Shown: positions 19,696-30,087, numbered from the stretch's first letter. The stretch: 64,000 bases of DNA from Candidatus Eiseniibacteriota bacterium (GCA_044223005.1 JBGAML010000003.1:1-64000), one strand, 5' to 3'. The notes: generated by a model from the letters alone, not told the origin. Numbers and translations: made by a program.

Positions 19696-21045
19696 ATGGC
19701 CATCTCGATCGTGGTGCCGCAGCTGGGCGAAAGCGTCGCCGAGGGCACCGTCGCCAAGTGGCTGAAGGCCGTGGGCGACAAGATCCGCAAGGAAGAGCCC
19801 GTCGTGGAGATCCAGACGGACAAGATCAACGTCGAGATCCCCTCGCCGGCCGAAGGCACGCTGACCGCGATCACCGTCGCCGAGGGCACCACCGTGCTCG
19901 TCGGCACCGAGATCGGCACCATTGCGGCGGCGAACGAAGCGGCGGCGGCTCCGGCGCCTGCTGCGGCTCCGGCGGCTGCGGCCGCGGCTCCGCGTGCCGC
20001 CGCGGCGGCTCCGGCGCCCGCGGCGTCCGCGCCCGTGCCCGCGGGCAACGGCCACGCGGCCGAGGCCGCGATCGGTTCGCTGGACGACCGCACGCTCTCG
20101 CCGGCGGTGCGCCGGCTCATGCGCGAGCACGGCGTCGCACTCGCCGAGATCCGCGCGATCGCGGGTTCGGGCGTGGCCGGGCGCGTCACGCGCGACGACC
20201 TGCTCGAGTACGTGTCGCGCCGCGGTGCGGCTCCCGCGGCCGCCGTCGCTCCGGTCGCGGCCGCCGTCGCCGCTCCTCCGGCTCCCGCGGGCCCGCTACC
20301 GGGCTTCCTCGCGGGCAGCGTCGCTCCGGCCGCGGGTGGGCCGCGCGAGGAGACCATCACGTTCTCGCGCATCCGCAAGGTCATCGCCGAGAACATGGTG
20401 AAGGCCAAGCACACGGCCGCGCACACGCACTGCTTCGACGAAGTCGACATGAGCGCGATCGTGGCGCTGCGCAAGGAGTGGGCGCCGAAGCTCGCGACGC
20501 AGGGCGTCAAGCTCACCTACATGCCGTTCTTCATCAAGGCCGCGGTACTCGCGCTCAAGGAGTACCCGTGGATGAACGGCGCCGTGAGCCCCGCCGGCGA
20601 CGCGATGATCGTCAAGCGCTACTACAACATCGGCATCGCCGTCGGCCGCGACGACAAGGGCCTCATCGTGCCCAACATCAAGGACTGCGATCGCAAGAAC
20701 CTCGTGCAGATCGCGGGCGAGGTGAACGACATCGCCTCGCGTGCGCGCGCCGACCGGCTCACCATGGACGAGATCCAGGGCGGCACGTTCAGCATCAGCA
20801 ACGCGGGCGTCTTCGGCGCGGTCAACTCGGCGCCGGTGATCAACGTCCCGGACGTGGCGATCCTCGGCGTGCACAAGATCGTCGAGCGCCCCGTGATCAA
20901 GAACGGCCAGATCGTCGCGGCCCCGATGATGAACGCCGTGATCGGTTTCGATCACCGCGTCATCGACGGCGAGCTGGCGGTCAAGTTCCTGCGCCGCGTC
21001 TGCGAGCTGCTCGAGAAGCCCGAGCTGCTCTGGTTCTACGCCTGA
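19696..21045 (+). CDS. 2-oxoacid dehydrogenase E2 (dihydrolipoamide acyltransferase), one lipoyl domain
   Basis: PQLGESVAEGT..QTDKINVE lipoyl domain; LSPAVRRL..GSGVAGRVTRDD E3-binding; GGTFSISN, DHRVIDG. Confidence 0.93.
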   Translation: MAISIVVPQLGESVAEGTVAKWLKAVGDKIRKEEPVVEIQTDKINVEIPSPAEGTLTAITVAEGTTVLVGTEIGTIAAANEAAAAPAPAAAPAAAAAAPRAAAAAPAPAASAPVPAGNGHAAEAAIGSLDDRTLSPAVRRLMREHGVALAEIRAIAGSGVAGRVTRDDLLEYVSRRGAAPAAAVAPVAAAVAAPPAPAGPLPGFLAGSVAPAAGGPREETITFSRIRKVIAENMVKAKHTAAHTHCFDEVDMSAIVALRKEWAPKLATQGVKLTYMPFFIKAAVLALKEYPWMNGAVSPAGDAMIVKRYYNIGIAVGRDDKGLIVPNIKDCDRKNLVQIAGEVNDIASRARADRLTMDEIQGGTFSISNAGVFGAVNSAPVINVPDVAILGVHKIVERPVIKNGQIVAAPMMNAVIGFDHRVIDGELAVKFLRRVCELLEKPELLWFYA

Positions 21046-21124
21046 TCGCGCCGCCCGCGGCCCGGCGCACCGCGCGCCGGGCCGGGGCGGTCGCGTGACC
21101 GCGGCCCGAGGGCCGCTCACCGCC

Positions 21125-21919
21125 ATGTCCAGCGCCCGCGATTCCAACCGGCTCACCGTCTGCGCGCTCGGCGCCACGCCCTATCGCGAGGGCCTGGCGC
21201 TCCAGGATGCGCTCGTGCGCGCGCGTGCCGACGGCCGCACGGGCGACTGGCTGCTCTACCCGGACCACCCGCCCGTGCTCACCATGGGCCGCAGCAGCTC
21301 GGCCGGGAACATCCTCGTCGACCCCGAGACGCTGGCCCGTTCGGGGGTCGAGGTGTTCGAGGTGCCCCGGGGCGGCGACGTCACCTGGCACGGCCCTGGG
21401 CAGCTCGTCGGCTACCCGATCGTGGCCCTCGATCGGGTCGACCGGGACCTCCACCGCTGGCTCCGGACGCTCGAGGAAGCGCTCATCCGCGCACTCGCCC
21501 GCTGGGGCATTGCCGGAAACAGGATGGAGGGGCGAACCGGCGTTTGGACAAGCGATTGCAAGATCGCCTCGCTCGGCGTCGCGGTCCGCCGATGGGTCGG
21601 ATATCATGGTTTCGCACTGAATGTCCGTCCGGACCTGTCGGGGTTTTCGCTCATCCATCCCTGTGGTTTGCCGGGGGTCCGCATGACCTCCATGGCGGAC
21701 CTGCTGGGGGACCGGGCTCCCTCGATGCCCGAAATCCGGTCTGCGGTCTCTCACGAACTGGTGGCACTGCTCGGCTACGACGGCCTCGACGAGGCCCCGC
21801 CGGAAGCCGCACACGCCTTCCAGTCCGGGTCGGAAATGGCCGATGCACCGGGTTCCGGGACGTCCCCGGCCCCGACATCTCATCAAGCTCCAGGAGGTTC
21901 AGGATCATGGTCACGTTGA
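21125..21919 (+). CDS. lipB: Lipoyl(octanoyl) transferase
   Basis: HPPVLTMGR, RGGDVTWHGPGQLVGYPI, KIASLGV, HGFALNV, PCGL. Confidence 0.93.
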   Translation: MSSARDSNRLTVCALGATPYREGLALQDALVRARADGRTGDWLLYPDHPPVLTMGRSSSAGNILVDPETLARSGVEVFEVPRGGDVTWHGPGQLVGYPIVALDRVDRDLHRWLRTLEEALIRALARWGIAGNRMEGRTGVWTSDCKIASLGVAVRRWVGYHGFALNVRPDLSGFSLIHPCGLPGVRMTSMADLLGDRAPSMPEIRSAVSHELVALLGYDGLDEAPPEAAHAFQSGSEMADAPGSGTSPAPTSHQAPGGSGSWSR

Positions 21920-22275
21920 CGGAAGCGGCCTCGAACAAGCTGGCCGAGCTGCTCGCGCAGCAGGAGAACGTCGTCGGTCTTCGCCTGAGCGCCATGGCCG
22001 GTGGCTGCAGCGGCTACCAGTACGGCATGGAGTTCGCCGAGGCCGAGCGCGAGGGCGACTGGGTCGGCACGTTCGGCAACGTCAAGGTGTTCGTCGGCAG
22101 CGACAGCCAGCAGATCCTGAACGGCGTGAAGGTGGACTACGTCGAGTCGCTGCAGGCGACCGGGTTCACGATCCACAACCCGAATGCGGTACGTTCGTGC
22201 GGCTGTGGCAAGTCCTTCGAGACCGAGGAGAGCGCCGCGTCCGGTCACGGGCACGGACACCACCATTCGCACTGA
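21907..22275 (+). CDS. HesB/IscA-family A-type Fe-S carrier with His-rich tail
   Basis: GGCSGYQY, NPNAVRSCGCGKSF; tail GHGHGHHHSH. Confidence 0.92.
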   Translation: MVTLTEAASNKLAELLAQQENVVGLRLSAMAGGCSGYQYGMEFAEAEREGDWVGTFGNVKVFVGSDSQQILNGVKVDYVESLQATGFTIHNPNAVRSCGCGKSFETEESAASGHGHGHHHSH

Positions 22276-22285
22276 GGAGTCCAGC

Positions 22286-22705
22286 GTGCGCATCACGCTG
22301 TTCGGGGTCCAGGAAGCGAACCAGCTGCTCGCCGAGATCCGGCCGAAGCTCGAGCGGCTGTGCGCGCAGAAGCGCGAGTTCGACCGGCTGGAGATGCGGC
22401 TCGGGGTGCTGCAGGTCGCGACGCACGGTGCGGCCGAGGACAACCCCGACCGCATCGAGCTCGACCTGCTGGGCCAGAAGCGCCAGCGGCTGGGCGAGAC
22501 CATCACGCGCGGCATCGGCGAGCTGGCCGACCGCGGGGCGATGGTGAAGGACCTCGACGTGGGCCTGTGCGACTTCTACGCGCTCATGGGCGACCGGCTC
22601 GTGTACCTGTGCTGGAAGCTCGCCGAGCCGGAGATCGCGCACTGGCACGGGCTGGACGAGGGGTTCGCGGGGCGCAAGCCGCTCAAGAGCGCCGAGCTGG
22701 AGTGA
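22286..22705 (+). CDS. DUF2203-like protein
   Basis: EAN.LL..I, VKDLDVGLCDF..VYLCWKLAEPEIAHWHGLDEGFAGRKP; GTG start after GAGGAG. Confidence 0.82.
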   Translation: MRITLFGVQEANQLLAEIRPKLERLCAQKREFDRLEMRLGVLQVATHGAAEDNPDRIELDLLGQKRQRLGETITRGIGELADRGAMVKDLDVGLCDFYALMGDRLVYLCWKLAEPEIAHWHGLDEGFAGRKPLKSAELE

Positions 22706-22706
22706 G

Positions 22707-23858
22707 ATGAGCACGCTCGACGCCAGCACCGCGGGCACGCGCCCGTTCTCCGAGTACGCCGCGCTCGACGCCGAGACGATCCGCCGCCGCACCTGGGACG
22801 CGAAAAGGCGCCTCGGCAAACGCGCCGTGATCCTCGGCCACCACTACCAGCGCGAGAGCGTGATCGAGTTCGCGGACTTCCGCGGCGACTCGTTCAAGCT
22901 CTCGCAGCTGGCGGCGCAGCAGGGCGACGCGGAGTTCATCGTGTTCTGCGGCGTGCACTTCATGGCCGAATCGGCCGACGTGCTCCGCAATCCGCACCAG
23001 ACCGTCGTGCTGCCCGACGTGAAGGCCGGCTGCTCCATGGCCGACATGGCGGCGCGCGTGGACGTGGACGACGCGTGGGACCTGCTGGTCTCCGCTCACG
23101 GCGAGACGTTCACGCCCGTCACGTACATGAACTCGACCGCGGCGCTGAAGGCGTTCTGCGGCGCGCGCGGCGGCGTGGTCTGCACGTCGAGCAACGCGGG
23201 GCGCGTGCTCGACTGGGCGTGGAAGCAGCGCCCCGGCGTCTTCTTCTTCCCGGACCAGCATCTCGGCCGCAACACCGCGTTTGCGATGGGCGTGCCGCTC
23301 GAGCGGATGGCCGAGTGGGACTGGCGCACCCCGGATCCGCGCACGGCCAACGCCCGCGCGCTCGACCGGGCCACGCGCATCGTGCTGTGGAAGGGTTTCT
23401 GTTCCGTGCACACCAAGTTCACCGCGCAGCAGGTCGCCGAGGCCCGCGAGGCCGACCCGGCGGTGAAGGTGCTCGTGCACCCCGAATGCCCGTTCGACGT
23501 GGTGCAGGCCGCGGACCTCGTGGGCTCGACGGAGTTCATCATCGAGCAGGTCCGCGCCGCCGCGCCCGGTACGCACTGGGCGATCGGGACCGAGATCAAC
23601 CTGGTGCACCGGCTCACGCTGGAGCACCCGGAGCAGCGGATCCACTCGCTGCAGAAGAACGTCTGTCCGTGCGCGACCATGAACCGGATCGACCCCGCGC
23701 ACCTGCTGTGGACGCTGGAGAACCTCGCCGAGGGCGCGGTCGTGAACCCGATCCGCGTGCCCGAGGAGGTGCGGCGCGACGCGCGCGTCGCGCTCGACCG
23801 CATGCTCGAACTGAAGGGCGACGGCGCCGTGCGCGGCGCCGAGCTCGCGAAGGATTGA
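22707..23858 (+). CDS. nadA: Quinolinate synthase
   Basis: ILGHHYQ, GDSFKLS, FCGVHFMAES, AGCSMAD, PDQHLGRN, VHPEC, CPCATM. Confidence 0.95.
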   Translation: MSTLDASTAGTRPFSEYAALDAETIRRRTWDAKRRLGKRAVILGHHYQRESVIEFADFRGDSFKLSQLAAQQGDAEFIVFCGVHFMAESADVLRNPHQTVVLPDVKAGCSMADMAARVDVDDAWDLLVSAHGETFTPVTYMNSTAALKAFCGARGGVVCTSSNAGRVLDWAWKQRPGVFFFPDQHLGRNTAFAMGVPLERMAEWDWRTPDPRTANARALDRATRIVLWKGFCSVHTKFTAQQVAEAREADPAVKVLVHPECPFDVVQAADLVGSTEFIIEQVRAAAPGTHWAIGTEINLVHRLTLEHPEQRIHSLQKNVCPCATMNRIDPAHLLWTLENLAEGAVVNPIRVPEEVRRDARVALDRMLELKGDGAVRGAELAKD

Positions 23859-23865
23859 TCGCACC

Positions 23866-24918
23866 ATGTCCCCGAACGATTCCCCGGACGCCGCCTCGCC
23901 GGAACTCGTGAACATCGGCGAGCCCGCCACGCCCGAGATCGGCGTCGTCGGCGCGCCGCGCCCCGCCGTCCCGCAGCGCGTGCCGCTCGCGCCGCGCACG
24001 AAGGGTTGCGCGTCCGGCGCCGGTGTCGCCGCGCCCGGCGAGTTCCGCCGCCTGCCGCCCTGGCTCAAGATCCAGCTGCCCGGCAAGGGCGACTACGCCG
24101 AGACCAAGGCGCTCCTGCGCGAGAAGCGCATGGTCACCGTGTGCGAGGAGGCGCGCTGCCCGAACCTCGGCCACTGCTGGGAGCGCGGTACCGCCACGAT
24201 CATGATCCTCGGCGAGCTCTGCACGCGCCGCTGCGGCTTCTGCGCCGTCGCCCCGGGCAAGCCCAACGGTTGGGTCGACTGGGACGAGCCGCGCCGGGTG
24301 GGCGAGAGCGTCGAGATCATGAACCTGCGCCATACGGTCATCACGTCGGTGTGCCGCGACGACCTGAAGGACGGCGGCAGCACGATCTTCGCGCGCACGA
24401 TCGAGGAGATCCGCAAGCGCTCGAAGACCGTGATCGAGGTGCTGATCCCGGATTTCCGCGGCAGCGCCGAGGACCTGCAGCGCGTGATCGACGCCGGCCC
24501 CGAGGTGATCAACCACAACGTCGAGACCGTCGAGCGCCTGCACCCGGTCGTGCGTCCGAGCGCGCGCTACGAGCGCTCGCTGCAGGTGCTGCAGCGCGTG
24601 AAGGCGAGCGGCCGCGGGATCAAGGCCAAGAGCGGCATCATGGTCGGCCTCGGCGAGACCTCTGACGAGATCCAGAAGACGCTCGAGGACCTGCGCGCGC
24701 ACGGCTGCGACCTGCTGACGATCGGCCAGTACCTGCGGCCGTCGCCCATGCACCTTCCGGTCGTGGAGTACGTGCACCCCGACCAGTTCGCGCACTGGCA
24801 GCGCGTCGCGGAAGGCCTCGGCTTCGAGAGCGTCGCGAGCGGCCCGCTCGTGCGCTCGAGCTACCACGCCGACCTGCTCGCCGGCACGGTCAAGCCGGGC
24901 GAGGTCTCGAAGAGCTGA
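23866..24918 (+). CDS. lipA: Lipoyl synthase (radical SAM)
   Basis: CEEARCPNLGHC, CTRRCGFC, NHNVETV, TIGQYL, VRSSYHA. Confidence 0.96.
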   Translation: MSPNDSPDAASPELVNIGEPATPEIGVVGAPRPAVPQRVPLAPRTKGCASGAGVAAPGEFRRLPPWLKIQLPGKGDYAETKALLREKRMVTVCEEARCPNLGHCWERGTATIMILGELCTRRCGFCAVAPGKPNGWVDWDEPRRVGESVEIMNLRHTVITSVCRDDLKDGGSTIFARTIEEIRKRSKTVIEVLIPDFRGSAEDLQRVIDAGPEVINHNVETVERLHPVVRPSARYERSLQVLQRVKASGRGIKAKSGIMVGLGETSDEIQKTLEDLRAHGCDLLTIGQYLRPSPMHLPVVEYVHPDQFAHWQRVAEGLGFESVASGPLVRSSYHADLLAGTVKPGEVSKS

Positions 24919-24935
24919 ACCGGGGTTTCGCGCAC

Positions 24936-24980
24936 GCACGAGGGCCGGCTTCCGTGGGGGAGCCGGCCCTCGTGCCGTTT
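24936..24980 (+). terminator. Intrinsic terminator after lipA
   Basis: Long stem gcacgagggccggcttcc / gggagccggccctcgtgc followed by cgttt. Confidence 0.6.
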
Positions 24981-25128
24981 CCGGCGCGAACGTGCCGTGA
25001 CGGCCGGAGGCGCTGCGCGTAGACTGCGCTCACCCCCGACCATCGAGCTCGCGCTCCGCGGGGCAGCCATTGGCCGGCCTTCGTCACGGGACGCGCGCGA
25101 CCGTGTCTTCGCGACCGGGAGGCCGCCC

Positions 25129-28100
25129 ATGTTTCGCCTGCGCCCCGCATTCGCCGGGTTGCTGCTGCTGCTGCTCGTCCTCGCCGTTCCCGCACGCGTG
25201 GCTCGTGCGGCGAACGACTCCGTCACTCTCGATTCGCTGCGGGCCGGGCTCGAGCTGGCCATGGCGAACGAGGACGAAGCGGCCGCCGTTCCGCGCATCG
25301 TCGCGATCCTGCGCCAGCATCCCGGGGACGGGCGCGCGCTCACGTGCATCGGTCTCCTGCCGTCGTCGCGCCTCGCGGGCGTCCAGGCGCTCGGACGGCG
25401 CCTGCAGCCCGGGCCCTGGCCCGACGCGCGCGGTGCGGTGCTCGCGCCCGCGGACGTCGAGCTCGTCCTCGCGATGCTCGGCAACGTCACGAGTTACTAC
25501 CGCACCGCCACGGAGCACACCGATCGCGCACTGAAGTTGCGGCCCGGCTGGGGATGGGCGCGCGCCATGCGCGGCCGCATCGGGGTCAACGCCTGCGCCC
25601 CGATCGCCGGCGTGCGCGCCGATCTCGCCGCGGGACTCGCCGACGCCGAGGCCGGGCCGTACCTGGCGGCCTGGCTCGCCTACTCCGCGTTCCTGGGCGA
25701 GGGAGCCGCGCGGGGCATGGACCCCGACTCGCTGCTGGCCCGCGTGCCACCGGACCGTTGGGGGACCGCGAATCGCAGTTCGCTGCGCTTCTACGAGCTG
25801 TTGATGAACGGCGGTGTGCGGTCGGTGGCGACCTGCGACAGCAGCTGCCGTGCGGCGTTCGCCGAAGCCGGCATGCTGGACCCCGAGTTGGTGGACGACG
25901 TCGCACAGGCGCTGCGCGCGCTGCCGTTCGAGGACGAAATGGCGTTTCTCCGCGCGCGCACGCTCGACCGGCCCGCCCGCGAGCACTGGCGCCGGATGCT
26001 CGTGCGCGCGTGCACCAGCGCCGGTCTGGCCACCCAGGCGGATTCGGTCGCGAACGGTGCGAGCCGGGCGCTGCCGGAGATCCTGCAGGCGCGCGTGCTC
26101 TCGCTCGGCGAGCGCGGCCGCCGCGACGCCGCGCTCGCCGCAGCGGACTCGCTCGTCGCCATGTCGCTCGATCGCGAGTTCGTGATCAGCGCCCAGAACG
26201 CGTACACGATGTTCGACGATCGCGGTCGCCAGGCGACCCTCGCCTCGCTCCAGCGGACGGAGAACCCCGTGCAGCTGGTGCAGGACGACCTGCCGGGCCG
26301 GATGTCCGGCGATCCCGTGCACGCCACCGCCGTCCTCGATTCTCTCGATCGCGAGTTGGACTCGCCGAACTGGGTGCGTTCCAGCCGGCTCGAAATGCAG
26401 GAACTCCGTGGGGACCTGCTGCCCATCGAACGCATTCCGGGCAACTCGCCCGCCGTGCGCGCGACCATGATGCGATGGCTGGCGAGCGTGGACGGCGGCA
26501 TGGGGCGGCTCGATCGCGCGCGCGCGCTGCGCGCCGAGGCCGACCGGCTCGCGCCGACGCTCCGCAACGAATGGACGCAGCTGTTCGCGGAGTGCCTGCA
26601 GCGTCGCGATGCGCGCGCGCTCGCCGAGCAGTTTCGAGCGGCCGATGCGAAGGGGCAGCTCGGCCCCCAGGAGCTGGATGACGCCCTGTGGCGCGCGCGC
26701 ACGCTGCTCGATCGCGCCCTCGTCGAGACGATCCTCGAGCGCGCGTTGCGCGGCCCCGGGAGTCGCGAGCCCGGTTTCCTGGCGTCGTACGCGGCCGCCG
26801 CGCTGTTCCTCGATCGTGCCGCCCAGGCCGACTCGCTCATCGCCGCCGCACGCGTGCGGGGTGCCGGGACGCGGGCGGTGGAGGCGCAGCAGGCCGTGTT
26901 GTGGCACGCGAAGGGCGATCGGGTGCGCGCACTCGACCGGCTCGGGCAGCTCGCCAAGACGTGGCCGGGGGACGCGTGGCTCGCGTCGCTGAGCCTCGCC
27001 TCCTCGGACCAGGCGGCCCCGTCGCAGGACGTCGAGCGCACCCACGACGAGGAGAACTTCCGCGGCTTCTCGTTCGACATGGCGGACACCACGGGGCTCG
27101 CCCGGCTCGCCGCGACGTCCGACACGTGCCGGATGGGGGACTTCGTGTTCCTCCGGTACCAGAACCAGTACGCATGCGAGTTCGGCGATCGCGTCCAGGA
27201 GCGGAGGCACTTCGTCATCCGTCTCCTGACCGAGGACGGCGTCGCGTCCTTCGCGTCTTACCGGCTCCCGTTCTCGCCGCTGGAAGGCGCGCCCGTGGTG
27301 ATCTGGGCGCGCGTACGCCATCCCGACGGACGGGTGGTCGACGTGCGAGCGAGCGACATGCTCGTTTCGTCGGCGAACGAAGACGCGAGCGACGTCACGG
27401 ACCAGCGCGCGATCGTGATTCCGTTCCCGGGCCTCAAGCGGGGCTCGGTGGTGGACCTGTGCTGGTCGCAGGCGAACGTCGCGTCGATCGGCGCGAACGT
27501 CTCGTTCCGCTGCGTGATGAACGCCGAGGCGACGTTGCTGGACGGTGACGCGGAAGTGCGCGTGCGCAAGGGGCGGGAGATGCACCTCGTGCGGGGTGGC
27601 GGGCTCGGCGAGCCCGTGACCCGCGAGAACGCCGACTGGACGTACACGCGTTGGCGGGTCACCAATCCGCCTCCGATCGAAGCCGAGGATCATTCGCCCA
27701 GCCTGTTCGAGACCAACCCGTGGTTCGGTGGCACCACGGCGGGCTCCTGGGAGGACGCGGCCGAGAGCTATCGCCGAGCGTTCTGGAACCGCGTCGCGGC
27801 GGACGACACCCTGAAGCGCGTCGCGCTCGCGCTCGTGCGTGGCGCGAAGACGCCCGGAGCCCGGCTCGACTCGCTCTACCGGCACGTGTCCCAGGACCTG
27901 CGCTACCTCGCGATCGAGATCGCGGGCGGGCGCGTCCTGCCGACGCTTCCCAACGAAGTCGAGCGGCGCGGATTCGGGGACTGCAAGGACAAGTCGGCAC
28001 TGCTCGTGGCCCTGGCGCGCTCGCTCGGCTACACCGCATGGCCGGTGCTCGCACGCTCGCGCGCGACACGGCCCATTCGCGCCGATTTCGTCGAGGTCGA

Positions 28101-30030
28101 GAACTTCAACCACATGATCGTCTGCGTGCGGGGGCCGGACGGGGACCACTTCTGCGATCCGACGACCGGAGGCACGTGTTCCGGCGTGCTCCCGCTGGGC
28201 CTGCAGGGGACTCCGGCCCTGGTGCTGCCGGACGATCGGCCCGCCTACGAATGCCTGCTGCCGGCCGATTCGAGCCGGGCGCACGGCTATCACATGACGA
28301 TGGACGTTCGCCCCGGCGCCGACGGGCTCGCGAAATGGAACGTCGTCGCGAGGCTCCGTGGCCAGCCGGCCGAGGACTTTGCCGGCCAGCTGCAGGACGC
28401 CGACTCGGCCGACGTGACGAAGCTCGTGACCCGCCTGCTCGGCTACGGCGTGCCCCGGCATCGCCGGCTGGTGTCGTGGCGGCTGGACGGCCGCTGGTGC
28501 GGCGGCATGCAGTGCTCGGCCACGTTCGAGGATTCGTCGTGGGGGGGCGACACGAATACGCGCCAGCTGTTCGTGAGCAGCGAGGTCGCGGACCTGTTCA
28601 TGGAGTTCCCGGACCCGCAGGGACGCCGCGCCGACGTACAGCTGCTCTACCCGCTGAGCGACACCGTGATCGTCCGGCTGCACGCCACCCCCGGATGGGA
28701 GATCGGGGGCGACGTCGCGCCGTTGCGCGTCGACGGTGCGCGCTGGGGTGGCGCGATCGAGGGCGGGGTCGTGACCGCGGGCTCGGACCGGTGGCTCGAA
28801 GTCCGGCAGCGTTTCGACATCCGCTCGTCGCGCCTGACGGCGGCCGAGTTCACCCGATTCCACCACGACTGGAGGACCTTCGGCGCCGGCGTCGACCAGC
28901 CTTACCGCCTGACCCGCTCGGTCGACCGGCGGCGCCTGGCGACGCTGCAACACTACGTCGACGAGCATCCCGACGACGCCAACTTCATCGTCCAGGGCGC
29001 CTACCAGCTCCTCGGGCGCGATTTCGGTGGCGACGGACCCGCGGGAGAGGAGCGCCGGCACGTCACCGAGACGTGGTTGCGCGACGTCCTGGTGCGCCAG
29101 CCGGACCAGCTCATGGCGGCGTTGGTCCTCGCCGGTGCGTACGCGCGCGACGGGCACTACCGGCGCGCGGATTCGCTGCTGGATGCGCTTCCCGATGCCC
29201 AGAAGTCCGAAGTGATCGTGCTCGGCGTCCGCTACCAGCTCAAGAAGCAGCTCGGGGATTCCGTGGCGGTGCGCGCGCTGTTCCGGCGCGCCGAGCGCTT
29301 CGGGAGCGGCGACCAGATGGCGCTCGAACGCGTGACCCTGCTGGCGCAGTACGGGACGCCGGCCGAAGCCGAGGAAGCGGCCGAGCGTTACCAGACCCTC
29401 GCGGCGGATCCGGACACGGCGGCGATGTATCTGACGCTGATCCTCGGGTACTCCGCCACCGGCCACTGCGACGAGGCGCGATCCATCCTCGCGCGGTTCC
29501 GTGCGCTGCCGGACACCTCGCAGGTCGGGCTCGCCGCCGCCGGGCTCGCGATGGACTGCGGGCCGTTGCGCGCGAGCATCTCCGAGTACGAGAAACTCTG
29601 GGAATCCGACCCGATGGCAGCGGGGATCTGCAACAACCTCGCATGGGCCTACGCGCTGGTGGGCGAGAACCTCGAGCGCGCCGAGATGCTCGCGCGCACG
29701 GCGGTCGCACTCGAGGACGACGGCTCGTCGGCGCGCAACACGCTGGCGCTGATCCAGATGCGAACCGGCCGCTGGGTGCAGGCGACCGCGTACCTGCGAC
29801 AGCTCCTCGAGGAGGACGATCGCCCCGGTAACGTGACGGCGAACCGGTTCCTGCTCGGGATCTGCGAACACCACGCCGGCCGCATCGACGCGGCGAGGGC
29901 GCTCTGGACGAGCGCGCTCGCGAGCGGCGAGGCCAGCCGGTGGACGCGAATCCTGCAGCACGCGCTCCAGCTCTCGCAGGCGGGCGACGACCCGATGAAG
30001 TGCGTCAACGAGACGGAGATGCTCTTCTGA
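25129..30030 (+). CDS. Large exported TPR + DUF3857 + transglutaminase-like protein
   Basis: Signal peptide; helical repeats at both ends; RVRHPDG..IPFPGLKRGSVVD (DUF3857-like); GDCKDKS..FNHMI..CDPT putative Cys-His-Asp triad; NNLAWAYA TPR. Confidence 0.82.
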   Translation: MFRLRPAFAGLLLLLLVLAVPARVARAANDSVTLDSLRAGLELAMANEDEAAAVPRIVAILRQHPGDGRALTCIGLLPSSRLAGVQALGRRLQPGPWPDARGAVLAPADVELVLAMLGNVTSYYRTATEHTDRALKLRPGWGWARAMRGRIGVNACAPIAGVRADLAAGLADAEAGPYLAAWLAYSAFLGEGAARGMDPDSLLARVPPDRWGTANRSSLRFYELLMNGGVRSVATCDSSCRAAFAEAGMLDPELVDDVAQALRALPFEDEMAFLRARTLDRPAREHWRRMLVRACTSAGLATQADSVANGASRALPEILQARVLSLGERGRRDAALAAADSLVAMSLDREFVISAQNAYTMFDDRGRQATLASLQRTENPVQLVQDDLPGRMSGDPVHATAVLDSLDRELDSPNWVRSSRLEMQELRGDLLPIERIPGNSPAVRATMMRWLASVDGGMGRLDRARALRAEADRLAPTLRNEWTQLFAECLQRRDARALAEQFRAADAKGQLGPQELDDALWRARTLLDRALVETILERALRGPGSREPGFLASYAAAALFLDRAAQADSLIAAARVRGAGTRAVEAQQAVLWHAKGDRVRALDRLGQLAKTWPGDAWLASLSLASSDQAAPSQDVERTHDEENFRGFSFDMADTTGLARLAATSDTCRMGDFVFLRYQNQYACEFGDRVQERRHFVIRLLTEDGVASFASYRLPFSPLEGAPVVIWARVRHPDGRVVDVRASDMLVSSANEDASDVTDQRAIVIPFPGLKRGSVVDLCWSQANVASIGANVSFRCVMNAEATLLDGDAEVRVRKGREMHLVRGGGLGEPVTRENADWTYTRWRVTNPPPIEAEDHSPSLFETNPWFGGTTAGSWEDAAESYRRAFWNRVAADDTLKRVALALVRGAKTPGARLDSLYRHVSQDLRYLAIEIAGGRVLPTLPNEVERRGFGDCKDKSALLVALARSLGYTAWPVLARSRATRPIRADFVEVENFNHMIVCVRGPDGDHFCDPTTGGTCSGVLPLGLQGTPALVLPDDRPAYECLLPADSSRAHGYHMTMDVRPGADGLAKWNVVARLRGQPAEDFAGQLQDADSADVTKLVTRLLGYGVPRHRRLVSWRLDGRWCGGMQCSATFEDSSWGGDTNTRQLFVSSEVADLFMEFPDPQGRRADVQLLYPLSDTVIVRLHATPGWEIGGDVAPLRVDGARWGGAIEGGVVTAGSDRWLEVRQRFDIRSSRLTAAEFTRFHHDWRTFGAGVDQPYRLTRSVDRRRLATLQHYVDEHPDDANFIVQGAYQLLGRDFGGDGPAGEERRHVTETWLRDVLVRQPDQLMAALVLAGAYARDGHYRRADSLLDALPDAQKSEVIVLGVRYQLKKQLGDSVAVRALFRRAERFGSGDQMALERVTLLAQYGTPAEAEEAAERYQTLAADPDTAAMYLTLILGYSATGHCDEARSILARFRALPDTSQVGLAAAGLAMDCGPLRASISEYEKLWESDPMAAGICNNLAWAYALVGENLERAEMLARTAVALEDDGSSARNTLALIQMRTGRWVQATAYLRQLLEEDDRPGNVTANRFLLGICEHHAGRIDAARALWTSALASGEASRWTRILQHALQLSQAGDDPMKCVNETEMLF

Positions 30031-30057
30031 ATCGCGATCGCCACTCGAAGACGACAA

Positions 30058-30087
30058 GACGCCGGCCCGGAATCCCAGGCCGGCGTC
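30058..30087. terminator. Hairpin between convergent genes
   Basis: 10-bp stem gacgccggcc / ggccggcgtc. Confidence 0.45.

Noticed and set aside
19940..20340. gcggctccggcg-type tandem repeats
   Set aside because: Encode the normal Ala/Pro linkers of the E2 subunit; not a CRISPR or DNA repeat element
25084..30057. Very long antisense or alternative-frame ORFs (also 5123-8092, 36150-40220, 41813-44836, 52250-54955)
   Set aside because: Shadow ORFs expected in high-GC DNA opposite well-supported genes; no recognisable domains
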